64,000 nucleotides of DNA from Octopus sinensis (taxonomy: Eukaryota), in the NCBI RefSeq assembly GCF_006345805.1, contig NC_043015.1, forward strand, positions 44,330,001-44,394,000, given 5' to 3'. The position numbers were made by a program, and so were the translations under genes. The notes beneath the pieces are model-generated. The model was not told the DNA's origin and searched no databases. It worked only from the letters and a program-made list of their open reading frames with translations. Shown here piece after piece: positions 26,160 to 40,915 of this stretch; position 1 is the stretch's first letter, and each line of letters starts with the position of its first letter.

Positions 26160-26468
26160 AGGGGTAAAGATCCCTTTCGGTCCTGAATGACACTTAGATT
26201 GCACCTAGAAAGTTCTCCTCCTAAACACAAGTCTGGGCAAGATGATTTATGGAAGATCAGCAGTCGCCCATGCATATCAGCCTCCCTTCTCCACGCCACC
26301 GATGTTATCCAAGGGAAACGCAATGGACGATACAGCTTGGCACCAGAGACGTCGCAACTCATTTCTACATGGAGTAACATGAAATAAAATGTCTTGTTCA
26401 AGAACACAACTCACAATCGGATCCTGTAATTAAATTCACTGCCTCATGATTAACCACTGAGCCAAGAC
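26160..26468 (-). mobile_element. Diverged tRNA-derived SINE, family G
   Basis: Minus strand TTGGCTCAGTGGTTAA head and GTTGTGTTCTTGAACAAGACATTTTATTTCA domain like family F, followed by a different 3' tail. Confidence 0.65.
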
Positions 26469-27454
26469 TGAAGTGGATAAGTCAGTAAGGAGACAATATG
26501 CCAATGATTGGAATATAGTAAGAAAAAAGAAAAGAACGGCACATACATATGTCTCAATCATTAATTTCAATTTAAAGGAATTGAATATTGTATCTATTTC
26601 AGGATTTTCTCGAAAAGCATCAGTATTTATGACGTATATTTGCCATTTAAATATAGCTAATCCCTAAGGGTGGATGCTACTGTAGTTTGTAGCCCCAGGA
26701 GGACACCTCCTCCAGCTGGCTATAGACACACTTTCTGTGTCCTATCAGTATTTATCATCAGTATTTAAGTTTTATAAAATTTTGAGAGGAGGGATTTTTA
26801 CCACTGTATAAAATAAATCGGATGAAGATTATCCCTTCTTTAACACGCTATCTATTGCATTAAAAAATGACTTCAACATGAGAGTAAAAACAGGAAATTA
26901 GATTTGATATTCGTAAGAACATATGCGGCGAGATGTTTATTCAAATTTCGAACGAAAACCATGACGCATGAACATCCGTATTATAATGTTCTGATACGTA
27001 AATTATATATATACAGACGTATGTAATTAATATATGAAACAAATAATATACGTTTAAAAATCAATAATGGTAAAAGTCAATGTCATTTATTCTGATGGAG
27101 AAATAAGATACTGTTATTTTGAAATATATGCATTAGGCAACGAAACTCCATTCACGTTAATGATTATCTTGTGTTTATTTCTGTCAAAAGGGGTCAGTTT
27201 TCAAAGCTTAATGTAAACTATATTTATTTGAACACAAAGAGCTGATCAGAAACTGTATTTAATTTTCTGTTTCTCAGCAAAACAATCGGTGATCGAAATT
27301 TCCATTATAGAAATCTATGGTTTCTTTGTGGGTGGTTTTGCTGCGCTTGTTCGGATATGAATGCAGCGCTGAATTAGTAACAAGAGCAAATGGCAACACT
27401 ATTGCAGTCCATACACAACTACATAAACACATACATAGGTAATGTACATACATA

Positions 27455-27458
27455 AATA

Positions 27459-27493
<35 letters not shown>

Positions 27494-27500
27494 CATACAA

Positions 27501-27539
<39 letters not shown>

Positions 27540-27614
27540 CATACATATATATATATATATTATATATATATATATAATATATATATATATATTATATGTA
27601 TATATAATACATAC

Positions 27615-27712
<98 letters not shown>

Positions 27713-27830
27713 TATGTACACACACAAATATATACATATGTATGTATGTGTGCTTGTGAGTGAGTGTGTCTGTGTGAATGTGAATGTGTGTATATGTGAG
27801 TGTATGCATGCATGTATGCATTTATTCATG
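27455..27830. repeat. (TA)n-rich compound microsatellite
   Basis: Direct repeats. Confidence 0.95.
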
Positions 27831-28329
27831 TATGTGTATCCTTGTAACGTTTCCAACTTGCTGCATACGGAATGTCTGCGGATATTAGGTCTACAAGTAG
27901 ATGTTGTTTGTTCCGTTGCTACATTCGCTCGTTCAAAGAACCAGACCAAATGAATTAGCAAAGTGGATAAGCTAGAGTGGATATTTCGCATTCAGATTGA
28001 GAACGAAACCGGATTTCCATTGAATTTTCTCGGAATAAGAGGGCATGTACGGATAGCGAAAACTATGATCATTTTAATGTTTCTCATTGTGGTGTTAGCG
28101 ATATCATGTGTAGTTAATACTTTGTTCAAACACAGTTCCAACTGATAAAGCAGACTTATTTAAACTCATTAAATAACGTATTCTGATTTAGACCCAGCGT
28201 ATCAGGGATCAAGTAGTTCAACTAAGGAAATACATTTTATGCCGAAAAATGGCTCATTATTCAATCTGTGCTTTTGTATTTGACATGATGGGTATACAGA
28301 TTCATGGAAACGAGTCTGCTCTTTCTAGC

Positions 28330-30170
28330 AGGTCCAGCAATTATGTAGAGGCTTACACATTAATTCGATAGATTTAAAATGCCTTACATATCGACTCATC
28401 TTATTGTTGATAGAATAAAAAAATTTCAACACATTGAGCAATCGTTCCAAGCATTTATAAGTTATGCTATATTGATTAACTTTTGTATAGATATAACTAT
28501 TCTGAGTTAAAAGCTCCTTTTTTTGCTTATATTGATTTAGTTGGTTGTGTATACAATATGTAGCGTTCATCCACTATTGATAACTATAATATACAATGTT
28601 TCAGAACTGCTTTGCAAATAGCTTTTCTTGTTGCATTCATTTTGTTCAAAATTTTTACGCAATTCGTAAAAACTATTTGTGACTCTGTTGCTGATGGTTG
28701 ATTTATATCATCAACTCCTAATGTTCATAACAACACGGACTCATCTTACAGAACCTAAAATGAACAGTAAGTTCCAAAATATCTGTTTTTCTTAATAAAA
28801 TAGTTTATTAGGAATGTGAAATCTCAAACACCAAGCAAGACTTTTTGATTTGGAAAACTTGCAATTATCAATGCATAGTAGTCGACCCTGTACACGCCAC
28901 CAATGATATCCAGCCAATGAAACTTAGAGCAAACGTCAGTGCAGGCTTTACCACCAGAACACAAAGGACAGGAAAGGATACCACATGGTACATCGTCAAG
29001 TGATTTAACAGTTTCACCAATCCACCAAGTCTGTTTAGTAGTGTTTAGAATGCTGAAAGTATGTAATGATAACTTCGGCATGACTTGAACATAGGCTAAA
29101 AAATGTTCGAACAGATACCTCTTGGTATTTCATCATAAATTCGGCCATTCCCTTACTCGGATTGAAAAACATTTTTGCAGAGAAATATGCAACCAAAAAA
29201 GTGACTGTTTAATGCCAAGCTTTATTTATTCATTATTTTAACATTAGATCGAGTGAGAAATCCTTTTCTGGGATTAAGCTACCGGATAGTTTTCACAGGT
29301 TTTGTATTTACTTTAACAATCATGCATTATTATATCGTTTTATTAATACGCTATATTTGGCTGTTGGTCATTGGGACGAAGAATTTTACGACATTCCACA
29401 ATTTCTTCTTAATTGTTCCTCATTCTTTTAAAATGATAGATATATATACATACATATACACGACGGGCCTCTTTCAGTTTTGTCTACAAATCGACTCACA
29501 AGGCTTTGGTAGGCCCGAAGCTATAGTAAAGACACTTGCCCAAGGTGCCACGCAGTAGGACTAAATCCAGAACCATGTGGTTGGTAAGCATGCTACTTAC
29601 CACACAGCTACTCCTACGCCTGTGTTTGTGCATATTTAGATTTTCATAAAGAATGCTGTATACAGTTGCCACAGAAGCAGCAAACTGTGCTTATTGTTTT
29701 TATAAACACAGAACAGTTTTCATCCATAAAATTGCTAATTTTCATAAAGAGATCGCGTGTTACGGGCTTCTCCCTCTTTCTTTTTCCCCTCTCATACCTC
29801 TTATCGATTCTCACCTCCTTTTTGCCACGCTTGAATCTCTTGATCCAGTGACAATCAGATGCTTGTCTCATACAAGTTAACTCGTAAGCAATCATTAAGC
29901 ATTATTTTCTGTAACGTTTTCGCCCTGCTGAACACGAAATCTTATTGGATAGCCAGCATTCAAATTGCCTTCATTTCACGTTCGAATTCTGGAAAAGTGT
30001 TTTGTTGGGTATGCTCAAAGTGTTGTTACAGCTGTCTCATTCAATCAGGAATAAAAAGTTGCCAGGTCATTTCATTGCATGAAAAGTCATTATATACTAA
30101 AATTACAATAAGCTGGGACATTTGTAATTTCCTCTCTTGAAGCAACCTCCAAATATTTTGAATGCACCTC
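28330..30170 (-). pseudogene. Heavily decayed hAT (Charlie/Buster/ZBED5-like) transposase, interrupted by a SINE-B
   Basis: Colinear motif remnants on the minus strand: MRQL*QHFEHT (KLRRHFETKH-like), AASVATVYSILYE / KKKL..VPMTNSQI*RIN (AAKD.V..MLGE..KKL..IPLSN..V.RRI), GILSCPL, TYCSF, IVFTNCVKILNK (EVL..VKIVNFIK), RYILYT (LLLHT); many stops; may extend to ~27830. Confidence 0.6.
29459..29622 (-). mobile_element. SINE family B 5' half
   Basis: ACGACGGGCCTCTTTCAG...CACACAGCTACTCCTACGCCT. Confidence 0.85.
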
Positions 30171-30249
30171 CTACATGCGCCTCACACGTGCATGTACGTG
30201 TATGTAGACCGAAACAGTGAGAGTGGGGTACACGAGAAATATCTGTTTA

Positions 30250-30605
<356 letters not shown>

Positions 30606-30769
30606 TCTATGTATGTGAGTGCGTGAGAGAGGAAAAGAGACATATAGACAGAGAGGGAGAGTATGTGTGTGTGTGTGTGTGTATGTGCGTGATAACGCGA
30701 GAGTATTAGCTTGTTTCAGAAATTTAGCTGTGTTGGCTTCATATGTTTGAAAACGCCCACTTATGGATG

Positions 30770-31592
30770 CATACATACATACATACATACATACACACAC
30801 ACACATACATACCTACATACATACATACATACATACATACATACATACATACATACACACACATACATACATACATACATAGACACATACATACACACAT
30901 ACATACGTACATACATACATACATACATAATACATACATACATACATACATACACACATACATACATACATACATGCATACATACATACACACACACATA
31001 CATACATACATACATACATACACACACACATACATACATACACACATACATACATACATACATACACACATACATACATACATACATACATACATACATG
31101 CATACATACATACATACATACATACATACATACATACATACATACATACATACGCACATGCATACATACATACATACATACACACACACATACATACATA
31201 CATACATACGTACATACATACATACATACATGCATACATACATACATACATACATACACATATACATACACACATACATACATACATACATACATACACA
31301 CATACATACACACATACATACATACATATACACATACATACATACATACATACATACATACATACATACATACATACACACATACATTCATACATACCTA
31401 CATACATACACACATACATACATACATACACATACATACACACATACATACATACATACATACATACATACATGCATACATACATACATACGTACATACA
31501 TACATACATACATGCATACATACATACATACATACATACATACATACATACACACACACATACATACATACATACATACATACATACATACA

Positions 31593-31626
<34 letters not shown>

Positions 31627-31630
31627 AACA
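30770..31630. repeat. Long (TACA)n microsatellite (~860 bp)
   Basis: Direct repeats with CACA/TGCA variants; source of the 325-aa IHTY/MYVC ORFs. Confidence 0.97.
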
Positions 31631-32203
31631 TACATATATGTCTCCATTTCTGTGTGTGCGCACGCCCGCGAGTATTTGTACATTATAGCTAAGTATGCGT
31701 AACTTTCAGAAGTCATTATTTTTCAAATTTCTGTTTTTTAATCGTTACATTCCCCATTCAATTTCTGATAGTAAGTGTCATGATATTTTGTACTTAATTC
31801 TCTTATTTTCTTTTTTTATATTTTTCTTCATCAAGACAATAACCGGATATCCTATAATATCACGATAGTTTAAATTTAGACTAAAATGTAATTTTACACC
31901 TTTCCTCTTTTATAAAATGGCAAACAGCCAAATTCACCAAATAATAAAGTTTATATTTATCTGTGTAATATTAAGTAGAATAGGCCTTTGCATTTATATT
32001 GTGAAATATCGTAGTGTTGTGTTTATGAATAAAGTGTATCTTTTTTTCTGTTTTCTTTCGTTCTATTAGGATGTATTTTATTAGAACTGATCGGTTATTT
32101 ATTTCGTTTTTTGTGCCTCCTCTATAAAATATTTCCATCAAATCAGGTTTTCAACAACACTAACAATGGAAAGCAATATGTGTTTATATACATACATATA
32201 TAA

Positions 32204-32277
<74 letters not shown>

Positions 32278-32346
32278 ATATATATATATATATAGATATA
32301 TATATATATATATGTGTATATATTTATATATATATTTATGTATCAT

Positions 32347-32411
<65 letters not shown>

Positions 32412-32597
32412 CGCAGCAAGTTTAACATCCAACATAATATATTTTTCTCTTATCTACATTTAACTCTATCATATCGTCTTTTATGTTAGGGTATCATTTA
32501 CATCTCTGAACAGCTGTAAAACTAGCTTTCTCCTTATAAAATGACGTAGAAATTTCACACTGCCTTGGCTTTGTTGTCCCCTTTTATTTCACCTATA

Positions 32598-32666
<69 letters not shown>

Positions 32667-32692
32667 GTATATATATATTATATATATATACA

Positions 32693-32880
32693 TAGGGAGA
32701 GTTTATGAAAAATAAACAAAAGACAAACACAGGCGGTGTACAAAACAAACAGATGTATTAGTATAACGCTCAGGAATAAAAAAAGGATTTTACGTTTCGA
32801 GCCTACGCTCTTCTACAGAAAGGGACACAGAAAAAAGGAGAGAGACAAGGAGAGAAAAAATGTGTGTAGTGGCTAACGAT
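32693..32880 (-). mobile_element. Penelope-like terminal-repeat remnant with hammerhead-like motif (copy H3)
   Basis: Minus strand TTT-CTGTAGA-A-GAGC-GTAG-GCTC-GAAACGTA-AAA (32788-32822); (TA)n on both sides; same family as 57588-57766. Confidence 0.6.
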
Positions 32881-33065
32881 ATATATATATATATATATAT
32901 GATATTTGTTTCATTTACGCTTATAAGTAAAAGAATTTGCTTTAATTTGATGGGTTACTCTGTGTTAGAGCAAGAAAGTTGTTGACAATCACTTCAACGT
33001 TTCGAACAGCTACGCCATCGTTCAACTGCCGATGATAGCTTAGCTGGCCAAAATAATAATTAAAG

Positions 33066-33098
<33 letters not shown>

Positions 33099-33309
33099 CA
33101 CGCTCACACACACACACATACACACACACATAGATAGAGATAGACGTCACTAAAGTGACACCGTGTACTAAGTGATATAAACCTTGCTGGAAATAAGTGT
33201 CAAAATCACTCAATAACCATAGAAGCTCTATCTTAATGGCTGACAAAGGAGACAAGCGAACGTGTCCAAATCAGAGGCGATTTCTAATTTTGATGTTAGA
33301 ACATCTTAA

Positions 33310-33659
33310 TTCTCATCGGTGGCTCTTAGCGCGCCTAAGGTGAAACTCAATTCACCTTGTCAGCTTATAAGATATCGTCAGAACTTGGGATATCAGCAGT
33401 GGGGGACTGTAACCTTCTCTGACGAAAGTCGATATTGCATTTCTGTTGCAGATGGCAGAGCTAGGATTTGGAGAAGAAAGGGTGAGTGGACCGCATGCCG
33501 TTGGCTATGTGGTGGAGATAGACTCACGGGGAGGACACTACAAGTTTTAACAGAGTCTGGGCTGCTATCTCCATGGCCTTCATCACTTGTTTCTTAAATT
33601 CAATTTACAGAAGGTGGTTGGTGGTAATCAACACAAACGGTGGTCATACGAGATATTAA
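33310..33659 (+). pseudogene. Internally deleted Tc1 transposase remnant
   Basis: QWGTVTFSDESRYCISVADGRARIWRRKGE (first catalytic D motif) joined to the C-terminus RRWLVVINTNGGHTRY* (TAA 33657-33659); the middle of the DDE domain is missing. Confidence 0.85.
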
Positions 33660-33802
33660 GTTCACCTTATTGAAGCCAGGACAATCCGTCATCAAGCGAA
33701 ACCATGTGACGCCAAACATTTTCCAGGAAATGACGTTTTATCATTAGGAAACAACAGTTTCTTAATTGGTACTTTTCATCAATGCTATGTGTGCGACATT
33801 TC

Positions 33803-33837
<35 letters not shown>

Positions 33838-33929
33838 AGTGTGTGTGTGTGTGTGTGTGTGCATATATATATGTATATGTTATAGGCGTAGGTAGATAGA
33901 TAGATGCATACGTGCCTACATAAATACGC

Positions 33930-34029
<100 letters not shown>

Positions 34030-34844
34030 ATATATATATACGTATATATGTGTGTTAATTTCTCTGCCATCACTCCTTGGCAATCAGTACTGGTTAAGCA
34101 AAAGAATAAGATCGAGTCTTAAATCATACAAGTCCTGATTATGTTTTGTTCGAATAATCCCCTTAAGGTAGTGTCCTACCGTACTTTCCGTCTCATGATG
34201 GAAACAAGTAAAAGATAAAAGATAATAGATTAAAAATGCATGCATACATATGTGTCATCGTAGACACACACACACACATATGCTCTCCCCACAGGCATAT
34301 AAGAAAAGAAAATAGACAATATATTCAAGTAAAGTCTGTCATCCCGTTCGACCAAACTAAAATTTTTCATATTAATAACATGTAAATCTACAACATAGTA
34401 ATTTACATATTTCGTTAATAGTTTCTATTGTTCGATATTGAAATCGCATGCTCGTACTCACTTGGACGTTAAGTTTTACAACGGAAGTGAATATATTTCG
34501 AATTCAAGAACTCCAACAGTTTCCAACAATATCTGTTTTATATAATACAGTATGAGTTTCAGATACATTTTGTCTGTGGTTCCATGCTGATGGAGACGAC
34601 GTATGAATATATAAATTTATCCCCGGGAGACTGCAGGAAAGAAAGACATTCCTGTGGAGAAATATGCGTTTTTCTTCTTACAATATAACTGATCTAGTTT
34701 TAGCTATCATTTCTCTTATGTTAATCGTTACGTTTCATTATAGACAAGCAGAAACACGTAGGGAAATATACGTGGATATAATACACACGAGCAGAGTAGG
34801 TATGCACACTTCTTGGTTTATCTTTATCTATCGTATAACTGTCT

Positions 34845-34845
34845 G

Positions 34846-34926
<81 letters not shown>

Positions 34927-35045
34927 CTCTGTCTGTCTGTCTGTCTGTCTCTCTGTTTGTCTGTCTGTCTGTCTGTCTGCATGACTCTGTCAGATTTTCT
35001 TTCTGTCTGTTTGCCTGTCTGTCTGTTTGGCTGTCTGTCTGACTG

Positions 35046-35077
<32 letters not shown>

Positions 35078-35292
35078 ACTATCTATCTATCTATCTGTAT
35101 ATCTGTCTGTCTGTGTGTCTATGTGATTTGTCTGTCTGTGTGTCTGTGTGTCTGCGTATCCATCTGTCTGTCTCTTTGTCTATCTGTATGTTATCTATCT
35201 ATCTATCTATCTATCTATATATCTATCTATCTATCTATCTTTGTACATATGTAATGAGATATATTTTGTGTGTATATATATATATTATATAT

Positions 35293-35336
<44 letters not shown>

Positions 35337-35640
35337 TGTATGTATGTGTGTGTGCATTTATGTATATAGGAATATTTATTATTAAAATCTATATAAACAT
35401 ATATACATATGTATATACATATATGAATGTGTATGTTTGTGTGTGTGTGTGTGTGTGTGTATCTACGCATGTATACATACATACAAACATATATACATAT
35501 ATATATGTATGTATTTGTGTGTGTATATTTGGCTGTATACATTAGGATAAAAATTCAAGTATGCGTGTGTATACAAGTGTGCGTGTGTGTGCGTGTGTGT
35601 TAATGTATGTGTGCATGCGTGTGTATCTATGTATTCGTGT
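34845..35640. repeat. (TCTA)n/(TCTG)n/(TA)n/(TG)n compound microsatellite
   Basis: Direct repeats. Confidence 0.95.
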
Positions 35641-36029
35641 TGCTGGTATATCAAAAATATATACTATTGCACACCGTGGTGCAATCTCCCAAATAACTAA
35701 TTAAATAAAATAATTACTTTCTTCACAGAGACCCAAAACAATGGCTTCTTTTTATAAGAAAGAGCAATTCTTATATATCGACTAAAAATCAAAAATAATG
35801 TGTATCTTCATAAAGGCGTGCAAAGGTAAACATAAATATTAATTATCCAGTATTTGCGTATATATATCTATACATCGACACACTCCCATATATACATAGT
35901 ATGGCATAGTAAGTCTATTTACACCGATATGAGAAGATATTATAAGTGACTGTCTCGTACTTATTTTCACATACTCATAATGACATGTCTGGTATGTAGT
36001 CTCTCTGTATTGGGCTAATATTCAGGAAC

Positions 36030-36116
36030 ACACACACACACACACACACACATACACACATACACACACACATATATATATATACATGTATGTATGTATC
36101 TTTGTATGCATGTCTG

Positions 36117-36161
<45 letters not shown>

Positions 36162-36246
36162 ATATCTATATATCTGTCTATCTGTATATCTATCTATCTA
36201 TCTATCTATATATCTATCTATATATCTATATATCTGTCTATCTGTA

Positions 36247-36299
<53 letters not shown>

Positions 36300-36330
36300 C
36301 TCTGTCTATCTATCTATCTATCTATCTATA

Positions 36331-36363
<33 letters not shown>

Positions 36364-36380
36364 GTCTATCTATCTATCTA
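36030..36380. repeat. (CA)n + (TCTA)n microsatellite
   Basis: Direct repeats. Confidence 0.95.
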
Positions 36381-36424
36381 TGAATCTACCGCCACTATTA
36401 CTAACAGCAACACCGCCACTTAAT

Positions 36425-36583
36425 ATATGCTGGTGTGTTTACGTCCCCGTCACTTAGCGGTTCGGCAAAAGAGACTGATAGAATAAGTACTGGGCTTACA
36501 AAGAATAAGTCCCGTGGTCGATTTGCTCGACTAAAGGTGGTGCTCTAGCATGGCCGCAAGTGAAATGACTGAAACAAGTATAA
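36425..36583 (+). mobile_element. SINE family B 3' half
   Basis: ATGCTGGTGTGTTTACGTCCCCG...GACTGAAACAAGTA. Confidence 0.85.
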
Positions 36584-37978
36584 AATATATATAAATATAT
36601 ATATATATATACATACATAGGCATGCGGTTCCTTGTTTTAAACTGTGAAAGTATAATTCTTGATAGTCGTGGAAATTTTTCTTATTCGCTACGTTTTCCT
36701 TCAGAAGCATTTTCTGTTCACCGAGGTTTCTTAATATTCTTGGCTTCCTATCCTTGTGTGTTTTCTTGAATTGGCAGTGGCAGTGGCTCTTCTGTGAGTA
36801 TTGGCTTTAACTAAGCTTCGCATTTTCGTTGCTGGTAACCGAAGATATCCATTACTTCGACTTCATCATATTAAGCACCAAATAAGTGAGAACATTGAGA
36901 GTGAAACCACAGATTTGGTGTAATCAATATCTAAGCGGTGATAAGTATGTAACGAGAAGTTTACGTACCAAGAATATCTTTGTACAGACCACAATATTAA
37001 CAATTTGATGTGTTATTATAGAATCTCTAGCCGAACTAGGTTTTAAATTCCAACATAGATAGTTACGAAGAGACTTACTGCGTAAGTTGGTGAATTCTTG
37101 ACAGAAATATTATCAGCTGTATAGATATAGCACTACACAGAGGTAGTTAGTTAAAGATATCTTACTGTATGAATAGACACTGCATAACAAATAAGTTAAC
37201 AAGGAATATGCATACGGTCTACTTACAGTTACGGAGACTAAAGAATCGATAAATTTGAAAAGGCTTTTGTATAATCAATCGTAATCAATTTAAATCCAGT
37301 GGAACCGTTTTCGTGTGTAATGATTTCTTCCTGTATAGGAGCAAAGCAAACTTCTGATCAAATGTATTCTAACCTCGACCAAATTGTCCTTTAGGGTTAT
37401 ATAGCATTGCAAATTCTAATGTGTATATAGATTCTTAGAAGATTGTATGTGTGTTTGTGTGTGTGTGTGTGTGACTTGAATACAAAGTAAAAGAGACGTG
37501 TATGTGGTGTCAAACAGAGTTCGCACGAAGTCCCAGGCATAGCTGTTAAACGATCCTTAAACTGTTTCTAACAGACATTGGATAAGGTTATCTTATATGG
37601 ATTCTCTATAAAAGAGGATCGGCGGTCACGGTTATGTATTAGTCATGGTACTAGTGTGACAACCTCATCAAAGCTGAGCTAAAACTAACAGAAGCAACGT
37701 CCCCATTTTGGAAATAGACCTGAGACGGCCAGAGTATAATAATTACATTTGCATATATTTCTTCTTCGTTGCAAAAATTGATGCTGCGTAATCATATACA
37801 ATATACTTCACAAGAAACACCCAAAGCTGGGAAAGTCTAAATTATTTTCATATAACCATTGTGCTAGATTCATAAATATTATCCAATAACAGAACAGTCT
37901 GTATTGTCACCAATTTTGCCAAATGAAATTATGACATTACAAATCAATCTATGGTATGTATACGCATTTGTATGTATA

Positions 37979-38114
<136 letters not shown>

Positions 38115-38667
38115 GTATATATATAGATATATAGATATTTATGCATCCATAGATACGTACATACACATACGTACACATACATACATATATGTACATATAT
38201 ATATATGTGTGTGTGTGTGTATAAAGAAGTATCTATTTGTTGGATTTGTATGTGTGTATGTGACAGATTGTGGTCTTATGTGTATACGTGTTTGTGGATG
38301 CGTATACACATATACACAATTCGTTATGCTTTTGAACTGCAGTATATTTCACTTAAGGCTTCATATTATTGTCGATAACATCAATACCCAGCCTCAGGAT
38401 TGATTGTGTACTTACATTATTGAAAAATATGGAATATATTTCGAGACAGTAAGTTTTATATGACATATCTATACCACCTATACACGGCTTTGATTTTATT
38501 ATACAATTCAAGTCCATTTGCACTTCGCTTTATTCTGTGAAGCTTAGAAAACGTAGCATTAGACGGTTACAGCTCAATACATCTAGCATCCATCGAATCG
38601 TCTTATCAGCACTTACTAAATTGGATGTCTGAGCTTAAATTATGTTTCTCAGCGACTTGGTTTATTA

Positions 38668-38717
<50 letters not shown>

Positions 38718-38780
38718 TTATTATTATTGTTATTATTATTATTATTGTTATTATTATTATTATTATTATCATTATTATTA

Positions 38781-38981
38781 AGGTGGCGAGTTGCCTGAAC
38801 CGTTAGCATTCCAGGCGAAATGCTTAGCGGTATTTCGTCTGTCTTTACGTTCTGAGTTCAAATACCACCGAGGTCGACTTTGCCTTCCATCTTTTCGGGG
38901 TCGATAAATTAAGTACCAGTTGCGTAATTAATTTCGACTGTCGCCCTCCCCCCAAATTTCGGGCATTGTGCCTAGTGTAGA
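38781..38981 (+). mobile_element. SINE-A form 2, directly after a (TTA)n run (38660-38780)
   Basis: AAGGTGGCGAG head, GAGTTCAAATA B box, tail CCCCCCAAATTTCGGGCATTGTGCCTAGTGTAGA. Confidence 0.85.
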
Positions 38982-39540
38982 GTTGCAACAAACAGCAGCC
39001 CGAGTAGCAGCTGGCAAAATTTTTATGGTAATCTGGGTGCCGGGCCACTGCAACATCCGCAGCAAGGAACTCGCAGATATGCAGGCGAAACGTGGCTCAG
39101 CGCTGCCACAATCGGATATCGCTATCGATACAGCCATTCGTCAGGGGGTTATTCGTTGAATGTTCCAGCCAACGCCAATTCAACACCCCCTTCTGAAGAA
39201 AGTCCTCACGAAGAAGCCGGATGAAAGAATCGAAGCAGTCCTCTCGAAGGCAGACTTCGCAGACATGATACGCTTCCGTAGTGGTCATCATCCGGCACTC
39301 AGGCGGTGGCGAAAGATGGCAGGACGCAGCGCCACAGATCAATGTAGACTCTGTAACGAGGAGGCGGAATCTGCAGAACATCTCTGGCTGAGATGCCCGG
39401 TCCTGATGGTAGAACGCTATATCCACCAACTAGGAGCTACAATGGATGAGATGATTCGTCTCCCTTCCGCGGCTCTAGCGCTTCTGAGAGTTATCCCCAG
39501 GCGCTTGAGGTGACCAACAACAACAACAACAACAACAACG
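38982..39540 (+). mobile_element. 5'-truncated I-group LINE 3' end (RNase H C-terminus + CCHC-type zinc knuckle, (AAC)n tail)
   Basis: IWVPGHCNIRSKELADMQAKRG (RNase H) ... RFRSGH ... CRLCNEEAESAEHLWLRCP; one in-frame TGA at 39157-39159; stop 39511-39513 followed at once by (CAA)n. Confidence 0.9.
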
Positions 39541-40777
39541 GCAACGGTATCAACAGCAACAATAGCAACAATAATTACTCGTTGCTCTTCACTCATAAAA
39601 TGCTTTTTCTTGCTTACCTTAAGCAGTCTCAAACTTTTTGAAATAGCAGAATAAAATTTTAGTAGAAACCTGGTATTAATTTGCAGTGGGTATGTTTGAC
39701 ATTTCAGATGAAATTATAGGAAGACAAAGAAATAGAGAGATATAGAGAGAAAGAAAATGTGGGGAAGAGAGAGGGAGGAGGAGGAGAGAAAGATGGAAAG
39801 AGACAGAAAGAAGGAGAGAGAGCGAGCTTTGTGTCATATTTAGTGATATTAAATAATCTTTGCAATATGATGATAAAGAAATTTAATCTAATTGTAATCC
39901 ATGAATGTGTTTTGTACTTAGATATTTTCAATGGAGCTTATGTTTCAAATAGAAAATTAGAGATTAAAATTCTTTCCCATATTTTTCCAGTTTCTACGTA
40001 TGGATTTCTGTATCTTAGAAGACAAGTGTGCAGAAAATTCGTTTGAATCATTTGAAACTAAAAGCCATTACTTTTTTGCGAATTCCAAAGATTTTTCGTT
40101 TAACAATGCCTTTTCTAATTCACGCTATTTAAAGATTTTCATACGCTGCACTACATGTCAAATGAAATTTGTCATGAGAATGTATTTAAGTAGATTTGCA
40201 TTCGTAAGGTTTTTTCCTCGTACTATGGCTTACTCTGACTAGATAAGTTAACATTTTGTTTATCTCTGTTAAAACAGCTACAATACTGGCAATCAATGCT
40301 GATATCCTGTTGCATTCTTGAGTGGATGCATTTCAAATTACATCGATACATTAACTTCTATTGTACTTCTGTTGTCACTGATGGCGAGTGAAATAGCTTT
40401 AGGTTATTAATTAGTTTAAAGAAGGCCACTTTGAGGTTTCTGCTGAAGTAATTTCCATCAATGTACAGGATTTATGGAAATGGATAAATTTTCCAGAGAA
40501 CAGGGTTTCTCACTTTCCTTCCTTTTGTTCCGAAAGGTGTTTCAAATAAAGGAAATAGAGTCGGCAAGCACCAGGCAGTAATTACCATTTTTCATGACCA
40601 ACGAACACAGAGAGCTTTCTAAACGCCCTTTCAATTGCTAAATATATAGAATGAATATTTCTCATTGACGGTCTGATAATTATATTATGTGAGACGATTG
40701 GGGATCTCTGTATGTTTCACATTAAAATATATTCAAATACATTCTACTACTAACGTTTTGCAAATGCATATATATAT

Positions 40778-40821
<44 letters not shown>

Positions 40822-40825
<4 letters not shown>

Positions 40826-40915
40826 GAAAGAATGGAGTTGAACGACGATTTAACAAAATTCCTTTATTCTCGACATATGTTTCGAATTATCCATACTAGG
40901 ATAATTCATTCAACT
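40822..40915 (-). mobile_element. Penelope-like remnant with partial hammerhead-like motif (copy H5)
   Basis: Minus strand TAGTTGAAT-GAATTATCC-TAGTAT-GGATAATTC-GAAAC-ATAT-GTC; 9-bp stem II and palindromic stem III; (TA)n on both sides. Confidence 0.45.

Noticed and set aside
30711-31716. 325-aa ORFs on both strands
   Set aside because: (TACA)n contains no stop codons in these frames; artefact
39950-40300. Possible second hAT N-terminal remnant on the minus strand (CSV*KSLNSVN*KRHC*TKN)
   Set aside because: A single short motif with many stops; not supportable without alignment
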